A DNA stretch of 64,000 bases, taken from assembly GCA_043811375.1 (NCBI GenBank), contig JBDRNJ010000072.1:128001-192000 (forward strand). Direction: 5' to 3'. A model generated the notes under the pieces. The model was not told the DNA's origin. It did no database searches and was given only the letters and a program-made list of their open reading frames with translations. The stretch is from a bacterium (GTDB lineage: Bacteria > Zixibacteria > MSB-5A5 > GN15 > FEB-12). Shown piece by piece: positions 40,448 to 49,871 of the stretch. Position 1 is the first letter of the stretch. The number at the start of each line of letters is the position of its first letter. The translations under genes were made by a program, and so were the position numbers.

Positions 40448-41905
40448 TCAGCTCAGATGATACTTCTTGAGTTTACGGTAGAGTGTCCGTTCACCTATAC
40501 CCAGTCTGCGGGCGGCTTCCTTGCGATTACCGCCGGTGTCGGACAGGGCCTTGACGATGAGTGCTCTTTCCATCTGCTCCACGGTTGTCCCCGGTGGTAC
40601 CTGGGCTGACTCTGCCGTATCCTGCTCAGCCGGAATTTCGGTCGGGAGGTGAGAGGTAATAATATCTCGCAGCAGGCGAATCTCGTTGCCCATTGAGAGA
40701 ATCGCCCGATAGATGAGTTCCTGACCGGCTTCCTCAACCGTGCGGCCGGTGGTAACGGGCAAGTGCACGGCACCGGCGCGCTGCTCGTCAAGGAAAGTCT
40801 CGATATCTTCGGCCTCGACCAGTCCCTCCGGTTTGAGAGCCGCCATACGGTCGGCAAAGTTCTTCAACTGGCGGATATTGCCGGGCCAGTCATATTTCAC
40901 CAGGAGTTCCAGGGCTGAGTCAGAGTAGTCCAGGTCTTGACGCCCCGACCAGAAATGCTGCAACAACGGCTGTATGTCGCATTTTCTCTCCCATAGCGGC
41001 GGCAGAACAACCTTAACGACACTGATCCTGAAATAGAGATCCTCACGGAACAAGCGATCGGCGATAGCCTCATTGAGATCACGGTTGGTGGCCGCGATAA
41101 CACGTACATCCGTTCTTGACGGCGTTGAGGAACCGACCGGGTAATAGGTACCGTCCTCCAGAACCCGCAGCAGTTTGGTTTGCATTGGCGGACTGGTTTC
41201 ACCTATTTCGTCTAAGAAGATCGTGCCGCCGTCAGCTTTGTGAAAGAGACCCCGGCGTCGCCCCACCGACCCGGTAAAAGCACCCTTTTCATGACCGAAC
41301 AGTTCCGACTCCAGGACTCCCTCGGCCAGGGCGCCACAATTGACAGACACAAAAGGACGGTCGCTGCGAGCCGAGTTTTCATGCAGAGCGCGAGCCACCA
41401 GTTCTTTGCCGGAACCGGACGGACCCACTATCAGCACCGACACCTCGGTGGCGGCAAGGCGTTTGATTGTCTGGCCCACGGCTTTCATTCGTGGAGACCG
41501 GCCGATCATCTTCAACTGTGTCAGCAGGTCTTTGCCATCGAGAATGCGGCCAACGGCTTTTGCGATACCCTGCTGGTCGGCATCACGACTGATAACACCA
41601 TCGATAAAATCGTGGGGCGGTTCCGAATGAATGTCACCGGCGGCCACCATCCAGATTTCGGTCAGTCCATAGTAACGGCGAATCTTGGCCGCTACGGCCC
41701 GCTTGAGATCTGAACGACTTTCATCGACCAGGATCAGGTCGATCCGATTCTCTCTGACCAGATGGTAAAGTTGCGATAACTCGGTGACGACTTGTCCGAC
41801 AGCCGTCCAGTCGATGAGGTCATCGGTCACCTCCTGAGCGTTCAGCAACACGGCGACTCTTTTTTTTGAACTCCGGCGATTGGTAGTCTTTTCCAGTTTG
41901 TTCAC
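40448..41905 (-). CDS. Sigma54-dependent transcriptional activator (degenerate receiver-like N-terminus, AAA+, Fis HTH)
   Basis: GPSGSGKE, ESELFGHEKGAFTGS, FLDEIG, FREDLYFR, WPGNIRQL, GNRKEAARRLGIGERTLYRK. Confidence 0.93.
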   Translation of the reverse strand: MNKLEKTTNRRSSKKRVAVLLNAQEVTDDLIDWTAVGQVVTELSQLYHLVRENRIDLILVDESRSDLKRAVAAKIRRYYGLTEIWMVAAGDIHSEPPHDFIDGVISRDADQQGIAKAVGRILDGKDLLTQLKMIGRSPRMKAVGQTIKRLAATEVSVLIVGPSGSGKELVARALHENSARSDRPFVSVNCGALAEGVLESELFGHEKGAFTGSVGRRRGLFHKADGGTIFLDEIGETSPPMQTKLLRVLEDGTYYPVGSSTPSRTDVRVIAATNRDLNEAIADRLFREDLYFRISVVKVVLPPLWERKCDIQPLLQHFWSGRQDLDYSDSALELLVKYDWPGNIRQLKNFADRMAALKPEGLVEAEDIETFLDEQRAGAVHLPVTTGRTVEEAGQELIYRAILSMGNEIRLLRDIITSHLPTEIPAEQDTAESAQVPPGTTVEQMERALIVKALSDTGGNRKEAARRLGIGERTLYRKLKKYHLS

Positions 41906-41981
41906 CTGCTACTTCCCGGTTGCCAAAACGTTTAGAGCTTGACTTAAAAGGTCCATAAGTGCCGTTCCGAACGCCGGAGTG

Positions 41982-42311
41982 GTCATGCTGAGCGGAGTCG
42001 AAGCATGGCAGCTATCGGCTGATTTATGAGTCTCCCAACTTCAGTCTTACTTCCATTACGCTAAAGCAAAATGTGGCGACACCACTCACCCTTCGACTCC
42101 GCTCAGGGTGACGACATTCGCTGCCTTTCGTTTGTTCGGTTGGGTCTTGGCTCGCCTCCGGGCGAGGTGTAACCCGACCGGAAATCCACTTAGTTGCAGC
42201 ACAAGTCCTTGGGAGATATTCGTCAGGTCACACCCCCGACTTCATCGGTGGCAAGACCTGACGAAACATTATTATGACACAGCTTGTCCGCTCAGGGTGA
42301 CGACATTCGCT
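41982..42311. repeat. Mosaic cluster of REP-like palindromes (REPIN/BIME-like)
   Basis: GTCATGCTGAGCGGAGTCGAAGCATG (41982) inverted to CACCCTTCGACTCCGCTCAGGGTGAC (42087); 25-bp direct repeat 42098-42122 / 42287-42311; hairpin TTCGTCAGGTC...GACCTGACGAA (42219-42265). Confidence 0.75.
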
Positions 42312-42343
42312 ACCTTGTGAAACATACTTATGGGACAACCTCT

Positions 42344-44527
42344 TCACTTCCGACCTGTCTTTTTACGACGAGTCCCTGCCGCCCGTTTACGCCCGTCTTT
42401 GCCGGATCGCCGACCTTTGGGAGGCACCACAAAAAGATCAATTCCGCTGTTTATTTTGTCAACCTTGAGCACACCAACCCTGATTTTGTCACCCAGTCGG
42501 AAACATCGCCGGCTGGCACGACCCACCATCCGATGCTGCTTCTCGTCGAATCGGTAGTAATCGTCATCGATGGTTGACATACGCACGAGACCTTCGGCAC
42601 CCATATTGTCGAGCCTGACGAAGAAACCGTATGAAGCGACGCCGGAGATCACACCATCGAACTCATCACCCAGGTGGCGAGCCATGTAGGTTGCCTGCTT
42701 GACTTTGATGGCCTGACGTTCGGCTGCTTCGGAGGTTCGTTCGGTCTCGGAACAATGCCGACCGGTATGGTCAATCACGGAGACTACTCTCCGGGCGAAC
42801 GCCGGCGGGTACTTCCCGTCCCGCAACCGTCTCAGCAGGCGATGAACCAGCAGGTCCGGATAGCGCCGAATCGGCGAGGTAAAGTGCGTATAGTGTGTAA
42901 AAGCCAATCCGAAATGACCGATATTTCGACGCTGGTAGACCGCTTTCTGCATCGACCGCAGCATCAGCTCATTGATAAAATCTGATTCCGGCCGGTCTTT
43001 GACCTGGTCCAGAAAACGTGCGAAGGCCAGCGGTTTCATATCAGGTGAAACGACAAAGCGATGTCCCAGCCGGGTCATCATCTCCGAAAAAGCTTCCAGT
43101 TTCTCCATGTCCGGTCGGTCATGGACACGATAGAGAAAAGGCTGAGCCTTGCGGAAGACTTCCAGCGCCACCGCTCGATTGGCCGCCAGCATGAACTCTT
43201 CGACCAGCCGATGCGACTCCAGTCGTACGCGACTGCCCAGTTCGAGTACTTCTCCCCGTCGGTTGAGAATGATTTTTGCCTCCGGCAGGTCAAAGTCCAG
43301 CGAGCCGTGTGCAAATCGACGCTTGCTCAGAAGCTTCGCCAGCCGACGCGCTACGGTCAGGCTTTCGGCAACTCGGGCTACCCGGGAGTTGGCCGTACTG
43401 TCGTCAAAGAAAGTCTGTACGTCTTCGTAAGACAACCTGGCTCGGGATTTGATCACGGTGTCATCCAGACGCCATGACAACATCTTTCCCCTACGGTCAA
43501 AATCGATGAATATGGAAAAGGCTAAGCGTTTCCGGTTCGGTTTGAGCGAACAGACGTCGTTGGAAAGAACCTCGGGCAGCATTGGAATCACCATCCCCGG
43601 CAGATAAACCGAGTTACCCCGCTCAAACGCCTCTTTGTCCAGTTCCGAGCCGGCCGCAACGAAGTACGAGACATCAGCGATATGCACTCCCAGACGGAAC
43701 CCGCCGGTCACTTCCTCAACCGAGACGGCATCATCATGGTCTTTGGCATCGACCGGATCGATAGTGTAGACGCACTCCCGGGTAAGGTCCAGCCGTCGCT
43801 CCATTTCCGACGATGTCATGGTTGCATGGGCAGCTTCCGCCTCGCGCACCACCTGTGCCGGGAACTTCTCCGACAAGCCGAAACTCCTTACAACCGACAA
43901 CATGTCAACACCCGGATCGCCCGGTAAACCCAATCGTTCTTTGACCGAAGCGACCGGATTCTCATACGGGTTGTCCCAGGCACTCAACACCGCCACCACT
44001 TTCTCGCCGTCGGCTGCGCCGGCCGTTTCGCCCCGTGGGATGTACAAGTCGCGCTGGAATCGCGGGTTATCGGGCCGGACAAAGCATAGTTGACGACTCT
44101 GATGAAAAACACCTATTATGTTCCTGTCAGCCCTTTCCACCACCCTGATCACTGCCGCCGTCTGACGACCACTCCGCTGCCCGGTGAGGCGCACCATAAC
44201 CCGATCACCATCCATAGCGGTGGCCATATCAGAAGGAGGAATCATGACATCCTCGACATCCTCCTCTGCCTCGCGCGCCACGAATCCAGTGCCGCCGCGC
44301 GTGACGGAGATTTCCCCGACCAGAATATCCATGCGAGCGGCCAGACCGATACGGTTCCGCTTGAGTTTGACCAGTTCACCTGTCTCCAGCAACTGTCGGA
44401 TCACCTGCCGAAATCGACGATAATCTGATTGCGGAATCTCAAGCGCCGTCGCCAATTCCTTGATCTTCATGGGCCGCTGCGATTGCGACCTGATGAAAGC
44501 AACTATCTGTTCCGGGTCAAAGGTCAT
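42344..44527 (-). CDS. rnr: Ribonuclease R
   Basis: N-terminal HTH, TIDPVDAKDHDDA, VHIADVS, EEFMLAAN, HFTSPIRRYPDL, S1 domain, basic tail. Confidence 0.97.
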   Translation of the reverse strand: MTFDPEQIVAFIRSQSQRPMKIKELATALEIPQSDYRRFRQVIRQLLETGELVKLKRNRIGLAARMDILVGEISVTRGGTGFVAREAEEDVEDVMIPPSDMATAMDGDRVMVRLTGQRSGRQTAAVIRVVERADRNIIGVFHQSRQLCFVRPDNPRFQRDLYIPRGETAGAADGEKVVAVLSAWDNPYENPVASVKERLGLPGDPGVDMLSVVRSFGLSEKFPAQVVREAEAAHATMTSSEMERRLDLTRECVYTIDPVDAKDHDDAVSVEEVTGGFRLGVHIADVSYFVAAGSELDKEAFERGNSVYLPGMVIPMLPEVLSNDVCSLKPNRKRLAFSIFIDFDRRGKMLSWRLDDTVIKSRARLSYEDVQTFFDDSTANSRVARVAESLTVARRLAKLLSKRRFAHGSLDFDLPEAKIILNRRGEVLELGSRVRLESHRLVEEFMLAANRAVALEVFRKAQPFLYRVHDRPDMEKLEAFSEMMTRLGHRFVVSPDMKPLAFARFLDQVKDRPESDFINELMLRSMQKAVYQRRNIGHFGLAFTHYTHFTSPIRRYPDLLVHRLLRRLRDGKYPPAFARRVVSVIDHTGRHCSETERTSEAAERQAIKVKQATYMARHLGDEFDGVISGVASYGFFVRLDNMGAEGLVRMSTIDDDYYRFDEKQHRMVGRASRRCFRLGDKIRVGVLKVDKINSGIDLFVVPPKGRRSGKDGRKRAAGTRRKKTGRK

Positions 44528-44691
44528 TACCCGAATATATTAAGACGAAATTAAACCCAGTCAAGCAAGAATGGCAGAATTATGCCATTCTGACAGATTA
44601 TATTTCATCACACTCCAGCTACAAACTGCGGACCGGGTGGATTTAACTCTCCTAAGATACTGTAAGACAACGAACAACCGAGAATTATCGC

Positions 44692-44719
44692 TTGACACGG
44701 CTTTGCAGAATGATATATT
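44692..44719 (+). promoter_or_regulatory. Putative sigma70 promoter for the dockerin-protein cluster
   Basis: TTGACA-N16-TATATT with TG upstream of the -10. Confidence 0.55.
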
Positions 44720-44773
44720 GTTGATGGATAAGGAAGTTCAGATCTATTTACACTGTCTGAAGGTTAACTACAA

Positions 44774-47173
44774 ATGAATCGTTTGATGTTTATTGTGGTG
44801 CTGGCTGGCTGTATGACCGGTCTGGGGATTACGGTTTCTGCGAGTGTGATTCATGTTCCCGGTGATTCGGCCACTATTCAGGCGGGAATCAACGGTGCGT
44901 CGACGGGCGACACCGTGTTAGTTGCCGACGGCACCTATACCGGAGTTGGGAACCGTGACCTTGATTTCATGGGCAAGAACATTGTCCTGAAGTCTCAAAA
45001 CGGCCCGGAAGTTACGATTATCGACTGTCAGGGTGATTCGCTTGACGAGCACTTTGGGATAATTCTTGAGAATGGCGAAGACACTACCGCCACTATAGAA
45101 GGTTTTACTATTACCAACAGCTATGTCATAGAGTGGAAGTCAGGCGCCATCTGGATGAAGGATGCCTCGGCGACTGTCAGGAACTGTGTTGTTACCGGCA
45201 ACCATGGTAAGGGTATTTATCACGATTTCGCTTTGAATCGCACGTTTCTGCTGTATGACTCCAAGATCAACAACAACAGCGGCACGGGATTCTGGAGCGA
45301 GGCCTGGATCACAATTGTATCCGGGTGCGAGATTTCGTTCAACGGCCAATACGGCATGAACTGGTCTTCGTGGAACAAGCTGGAATTATCCGACTGCCTG
45401 TTTGAAGGCAACGCTGATGACGGCCTGTTTATCTGGACCTCCGGCCCTGATTTTCACGTTTACAACTGCACGTTTGTCGGCAACGGCAACGGGATGTCTT
45501 ACGAATGGAACTTTCCCAAAAGTGGTGACGGAACCGCCGGGACATCGAGGGTGACATGCGTCATTGAGAACTGTCTCTTTGCTTATAATGACAATGCGGG
45601 ACTGTCATCATACCATTTCCCCTTCAGCATCAATGTTCACTGTAATAACGCCTACGGCAACGGCACCGCTGACTACGACCTCCACCTGGACGAGCCCACC
45701 GACACCGCCAACAACATATCTCTGCACCCGCTTTTTTGCGATACTGCTTCCGGCGATTACACTATCGACGCCATTTCGCCCTGTGCCGCAACCAGCCCGC
45801 TCAATCCCTGCGCTACCCTGATCGGCCGCTACGACGTCGGTTGCGCGCTGGTGCCGGATACTGATGGCGACGGCATCGGTGACGACGGGGATAACTGTCC
45901 GCTCGTTTACAACCCCGGCCAGGAAGATACCGACGGCGACGGTATCGGTGACAGCTGCGACGTCGAGATAGTCTGGTATGTCAAGGCCGATGGCAGCGGC
46001 GATGCACCCACCATCCAGGCCGCGGTTGATTCGGCATCAGACGGTGATACCGTGCTGGTTGCGGCCGGCACCTACACCGGCGTCGGTAACCGCGCCATTG
46101 ATCTGAGCGGCAAAGTGCTGGTTGTGATTTCAGAAAGTGGCGCCGGTTCAACGACTGTTGACTGTGAAGCGGTACCCGGCGCTGCCTTCCTGGTCGTCAC
46201 CGGCGAGGACTCGCTGACTGTAATCGACGGCTTCACTATAACCGGGGCTCTTGGTGGCTACGACACCGGCGCCGTGGTCTGCCGGTCGGCATCGCCCACT
46301 ATCCGCAACTGCATCATTACTCAGAACGAATGCTATGGCTTCATGGGCGATCACTCCTCGGCGATAATCGAAAACTGTGTCCTCTCACATAATAACTCTG
46401 ATGGCGTGTATGCGTTTGCGGCCTACCCACCTATCCGGATAACCGGCTGCGAAGTATCGAATAATCTGTACAACGGCGTCTTCAGCGCCTGGCACGGAAT
46501 GCTGGAGATGTCCGACTGCCTGGTCACAAACAACGGTGAGCACGGGCTGCTGATTCTCACTTTTGCAGAAGAGTATCATGTCACCAACTGTACTTTTGTC
46601 GGCAACAAGTACGGAATGACGTTCTGGTTCAACTATCCCAAGGGCAGCTCGGTCCAACCGACCTTCGACAGCGCCGCGGTCATGAACTGCATTTTTGCCT
46701 TTAACGAAGACAAAGGTCTGACACTTGACCAGACGTTTGAGATCTCGGCCATTGCGCGCTGTAATAATTCCTATGGCAACCCCGGTGGTGATTACGAGTT
46801 CGGTATTCTAGATACCACGATATCGTTCGCAAACTTGTCACTGCACCCGTTGTTCTGTGACACCGCCATCGGCGACTTCACTATAGCCGAGGAATCTCCC
46901 TGCGCTCCGGCCAACAACTCCTGCGGTGTGCTAATGGGCGTTTTCGGTACTGCCTGCAAATGTTGTCAGGAGCCGGGTGATGTCGACCACAGCGGCGGCG
47001 TCGATGCCGGCGACCTGACCTACCTGGTAGCGTATCTTTTCCAGGGCGGCCCACCACCACCATGTCCGGAGGAGGGTGATGTCGACGGCAGCGGCACCAT
47101 GGATGTTGGCGACCTGACGTTCCTGGTGGCTTACCTGTTCCAGGGCGGTGGTCCGCCCTTGCCGTGCCCGTGA
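44774..47173 (+). CDS. Secreted protein: two right-handed beta-helix modules, TSP3-like repeat, C-terminal dockerin-like domain
   Basis: Signal peptide; TIQA..GDTVLVA.GTY twice; NC.F..N repeats; DGDGIGD..DNCP...NP.QED; duplicated GDVD.SG..D.GDLT.LV.YLF. Confidence 0.85.
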   Translation: MNRLMFIVVLAGCMTGLGITVSASVIHVPGDSATIQAGINGASTGDTVLVADGTYTGVGNRDLDFMGKNIVLKSQNGPEVTIIDCQGDSLDEHFGIILENGEDTTATIEGFTITNSYVIEWKSGAIWMKDASATVRNCVVTGNHGKGIYHDFALNRTFLLYDSKINNNSGTGFWSEAWITIVSGCEISFNGQYGMNWSSWNKLELSDCLFEGNADDGLFIWTSGPDFHVYNCTFVGNGNGMSYEWNFPKSGDGTAGTSRVTCVIENCLFAYNDNAGLSSYHFPFSINVHCNNAYGNGTADYDLHLDEPTDTANNISLHPLFCDTASGDYTIDAISPCAATSPLNPCATLIGRYDVGCALVPDTDGDGIGDDGDNCPLVYNPGQEDTDGDGIGDSCDVEIVWYVKADGSGDAPTIQAAVDSASDGDTVLVAAGTYTGVGNRAIDLSGKVLVVISESGAGSTTVDCEAVPGAAFLVVTGEDSLTVIDGFTITGALGGYDTGAVVCRSASPTIRNCIITQNECYGFMGDHSSAIIENCVLSHNNSDGVYAFAAYPPIRITGCEVSNNLYNGVFSAWHGMLEMSDCLVTNNGEHGLLILTFAEEYHVTNCTFVGNKYGMTFWFNYPKGSSVQPTFDSAAVMNCIFAFNEDKGLTLDQTFEISAIARCNNSYGNPGGDYEFGILDTTISFANLSLHPLFCDTAIGDFTIAEESPCAPANNSCGVLMGVFGTACKCCQEPGDVDHSGGVDAGDLTYLVAYLFQGGPPPPCPEEGDVDGSGTMDVGDLTFLVAYLFQGGGPPLPCP
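46969..47173 (+). repeat. Near-identical ~200-bp dockerin-coding repeat (second copy 49519..49723)
   Basis: Direct comparison shows only about a dozen, mostly synonymous, differences. Confidence 0.9.
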
Positions 47174-47215
47174 TAAGGCAATTGACAGCATAACCTTAAC
47201 TGGAGAGAGAATTCC

Positions 47216-49723
47216 ATGACCCTGGTGAAAGCACTGTCTATTGGCGTCAGCCTGATTTTCGCACTGTCGCACGTAACCTTTGCCTCGATAATCCATGTCC
47301 CCGGTGATTCCGCGACCGTACAAGCCGGTATCGACGGCGCCGGCAGCGGCGACACAGTCCTGGTCGCACCCGGATCATACGTTGAGAACATCCTTTTCGG
47401 CGGTGTGGATATCGCGGTAACCAGTTCGGCCGGTGCCGAAAGCACATTCCTGGAGCCGCTGACAGATGCTCAGCCGATCGTCACCTTCAACAGCAATGAG
47501 AGTCTCGACTGCGAACTGTCCGGTTTCACGCTCCGCAACAGCGGTGCTTCACCGGCCATTGAAATCACCGGGAGTTCGCCCACGGTCCGTGATAATATTT
47601 TCTTCAACAACCGCGAGGATGCCTGGAGCGGCGTATCAGTAATTACCATCTATCCCGATGCTGCTCCGAACGTCTGCTACAATCTCTTTTACGACAATGA
47701 CGGACCGGCCGGTATCTCGGTCGCCGGTGCCGCAGCCATATTCAACAACACCATTGTTGACTCCCGCCGCTACGGTATCATAGTCAACAATGACACTGCT
47801 GTTGTTATAAACAATATCATCGTCGCCGCCGGTCAGAGGGCCATAATCGGTTCTGATGTAGCATGGATAGACTACAACAACGTCTTTGAACCGTCGTCTG
47901 GCGGTCCCATTGGACCCAACAGCATATCTGTCGACCCGCGCTTTGTAGACCCCGCCGTGCGCGACTACCGGTTAAGCTACCTGTCGACCTGCATCAACGC
48001 CGGTGTCCCAACACCGCCTTACACTGATCCGGACGGTACACCGGCTGACATGGGTGCTTTTCCCTGGCATTTTGAACCGCCGGCAGCCGTAGGCATTGCG
48101 GTTGATTCCGGCACCCTGACCCCAACCTTCACCTGGACTTTCAGCGACACAGCCGCTACAACCCAGCAGGGTTATGAGCTTGAGGTCGGCACCGATCTCA
48201 ACTGGGATGTCACCGAGATGTGGTCGTCCGGGCAAGTGTCGTCCGGGACCGGTTCCGCCCTGTATGGTGGTACTGCCCTTCAGGACCGCCAACTCTACTA
48301 CTACCGCCTGCGTCTGGACAACGGCACTACCTGGGGAGCCTGGGTCACCGGCCGTTTCGCCGTTCAGATTGCAGCGTACCAGACCATTGCGGTCCCCGGC
48401 CAATTGCCCAACATACAGGACGGTATCGACGCTGCTCTGCCTGGTGACACGGTACTGGTAGCGGACGGAACCTACACCGGCCCCGGCAACCGTGACCTTG
48501 ATTTCTGGGGGAAGAACGTCATCCTGAAATCGGAAAACGGTCCGGACGTGGCGGTTATCGACTGTCAGGGTGATTCCGCCGTGCAGCGTCGGGCCTTCCG
48601 GGTCCACTATGGAGAAGATTCAACCTGTGTTATCGACGGTCTCACTCTCACCAACACCTACGATGACGGTGATCGTTATTCCCGGGAGGCGGCTGTTCTG
48701 CTCATAGCTTCGGCGCCGACTATCCGCAACTGCGTCATTACTGGCAACACCGGCTGTGGCATTTACGCCGAACCGGCAGCATTGAGTCTGATTATCGAGG
48801 ACTGTGTCGTCACTCACAACTCCGGGTACGGCGGCATCTGGGTTGACTGGGGAGTTGTGCGCATTGCGAGTTCGGAGATCGCTTTCAACAACGGAGCGGG
48901 AGCGTTCATTTACTCGGTCGCTTACGACACCACTAAAGTCTCCGATTGCCTGTTCCGGGGCAACGGTGGCGATGGTCTGCGGATAATCCAGATGATGATG
49001 TGGGAGAAAATCCAGGTCTCAAACTGCACGTTTGTAGGCAATCAGAACGGACTGGTGACCGACTGGGACTGGGCCAAAGGTAGTCCGGCCGGCGCCTCTG
49101 ACGATACAACTTCATCGCTTCACAACAATCTGGCGGCCTACAATCGGGGAGCCGGCATCTATCTGGCGGCCCCTTTCGACTACTATGTTGAATGCAATAA
49201 CTCCTTCGGCAATGCCGGCAGTGACTGGGCGGGCCTGGATTTTGGGCACGGGGATCCGTTCGGCAATCTCTCGCTTAACCCGCTGTTCTGTGACACCACC
49301 GCCGGAGATTTCACACTTGACTCCCTGTCACCCTGTGCGCCGGATAACCCTTTGAACCAATGCGGTCAGGTGATCGGAGCCTATGGCGTTGGCTGCCAGA
49401 TCCACGCCGACAGTGACAGCGACGGTATCGCAGATGCTTACGACAATTGCCCGGTTGATCCCAACCCTGAACAGGAAGACACTGACGGTGACGGCGTCGG
49501 CGACGCCTGCTGCTGCGTGGAACCGGGTGATGTCGACCACAGCGGCAGCGTCGATGCCGGCGACCTGACCTACCTGGTAGCGTATCTATTCCAGGGCGGC
49601 CTACCACCGCCGTGTCCGGAGGAGGGCGATGTCGACGGCAGCGGCACCATGGATGTTGGCGACCTGACGTTCCTGGTGGCTTACCTTTTCCAGGGCGGTG
49701 GCCCGCCTCTGCCTTGTCCGTAG
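47216..49723 (+). CDS. Secreted protein: beta-helix, Fn3-like, beta-helix, TSP3-like, dockerin-like
   Basis: Same modules as the preceding gene plus PTFTW...YELEV...YYYRLR Fn3-like segment. Confidence 0.85.
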   Translation: MTLVKALSIGVSLIFALSHVTFASIIHVPGDSATVQAGIDGAGSGDTVLVAPGSYVENILFGGVDIAVTSSAGAESTFLEPLTDAQPIVTFNSNESLDCELSGFTLRNSGASPAIEITGSSPTVRDNIFFNNREDAWSGVSVITIYPDAAPNVCYNLFYDNDGPAGISVAGAAAIFNNTIVDSRRYGIIVNNDTAVVINNIIVAAGQRAIIGSDVAWIDYNNVFEPSSGGPIGPNSISVDPRFVDPAVRDYRLSYLSTCINAGVPTPPYTDPDGTPADMGAFPWHFEPPAAVGIAVDSGTLTPTFTWTFSDTAATTQQGYELEVGTDLNWDVTEMWSSGQVSSGTGSALYGGTALQDRQLYYYRLRLDNGTTWGAWVTGRFAVQIAAYQTIAVPGQLPNIQDGIDAALPGDTVLVADGTYTGPGNRDLDFWGKNVILKSENGPDVAVIDCQGDSAVQRRAFRVHYGEDSTCVIDGLTLTNTYDDGDRYSREAAVLLIASAPTIRNCVITGNTGCGIYAEPAALSLIIEDCVVTHNSGYGGIWVDWGVVRIASSEIAFNNGAGAFIYSVAYDTTKVSDCLFRGNGGDGLRIIQMMMWEKIQVSNCTFVGNQNGLVTDWDWAKGSPAGASDDTTSSLHNNLAAYNRGAGIYLAAPFDYYVECNNSFGNAGSDWAGLDFGHGDPFGNLSLNPLFCDTTAGDFTLDSLSPCAPDNPLNQCGQVIGAYGVGCQIHADSDSDGIADAYDNCPVDPNPEQEDTDGDGVGDACCCVEPGDVDHSGSVDAGDLTYLVAYLFQGGLPPPCPEEGDVDGSGTMDVGDLTFLVAYLFQGGGPPLPCP

Positions 49724-49871
49724 GTAACCTGACCGGGTAATATCAGACAGGCTGTCATTTCTTAATTCAAGTAACTCTCTCGCGGCTAAGTTCGCCGACA
49801 GTACTGGTTGACAGATCGCTATCTACCGATATACTGTACATGGTCATACCAGTGTCATATCTGGAGGTTGT

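Noticed and set aside
44568..44591. TGGCA...TGC palindrome as a sigma54 promoter
   Set aside because: GG-GC spacing is 9 rather than 10 on both strands. It may be an operator, but nothing supports that.
46969..49723. Possible DGR template/variable repeat pair
   Set aside because: Both copies are in-frame coding, differences are not adenine-specific, and no reverse transcriptase is in the window.
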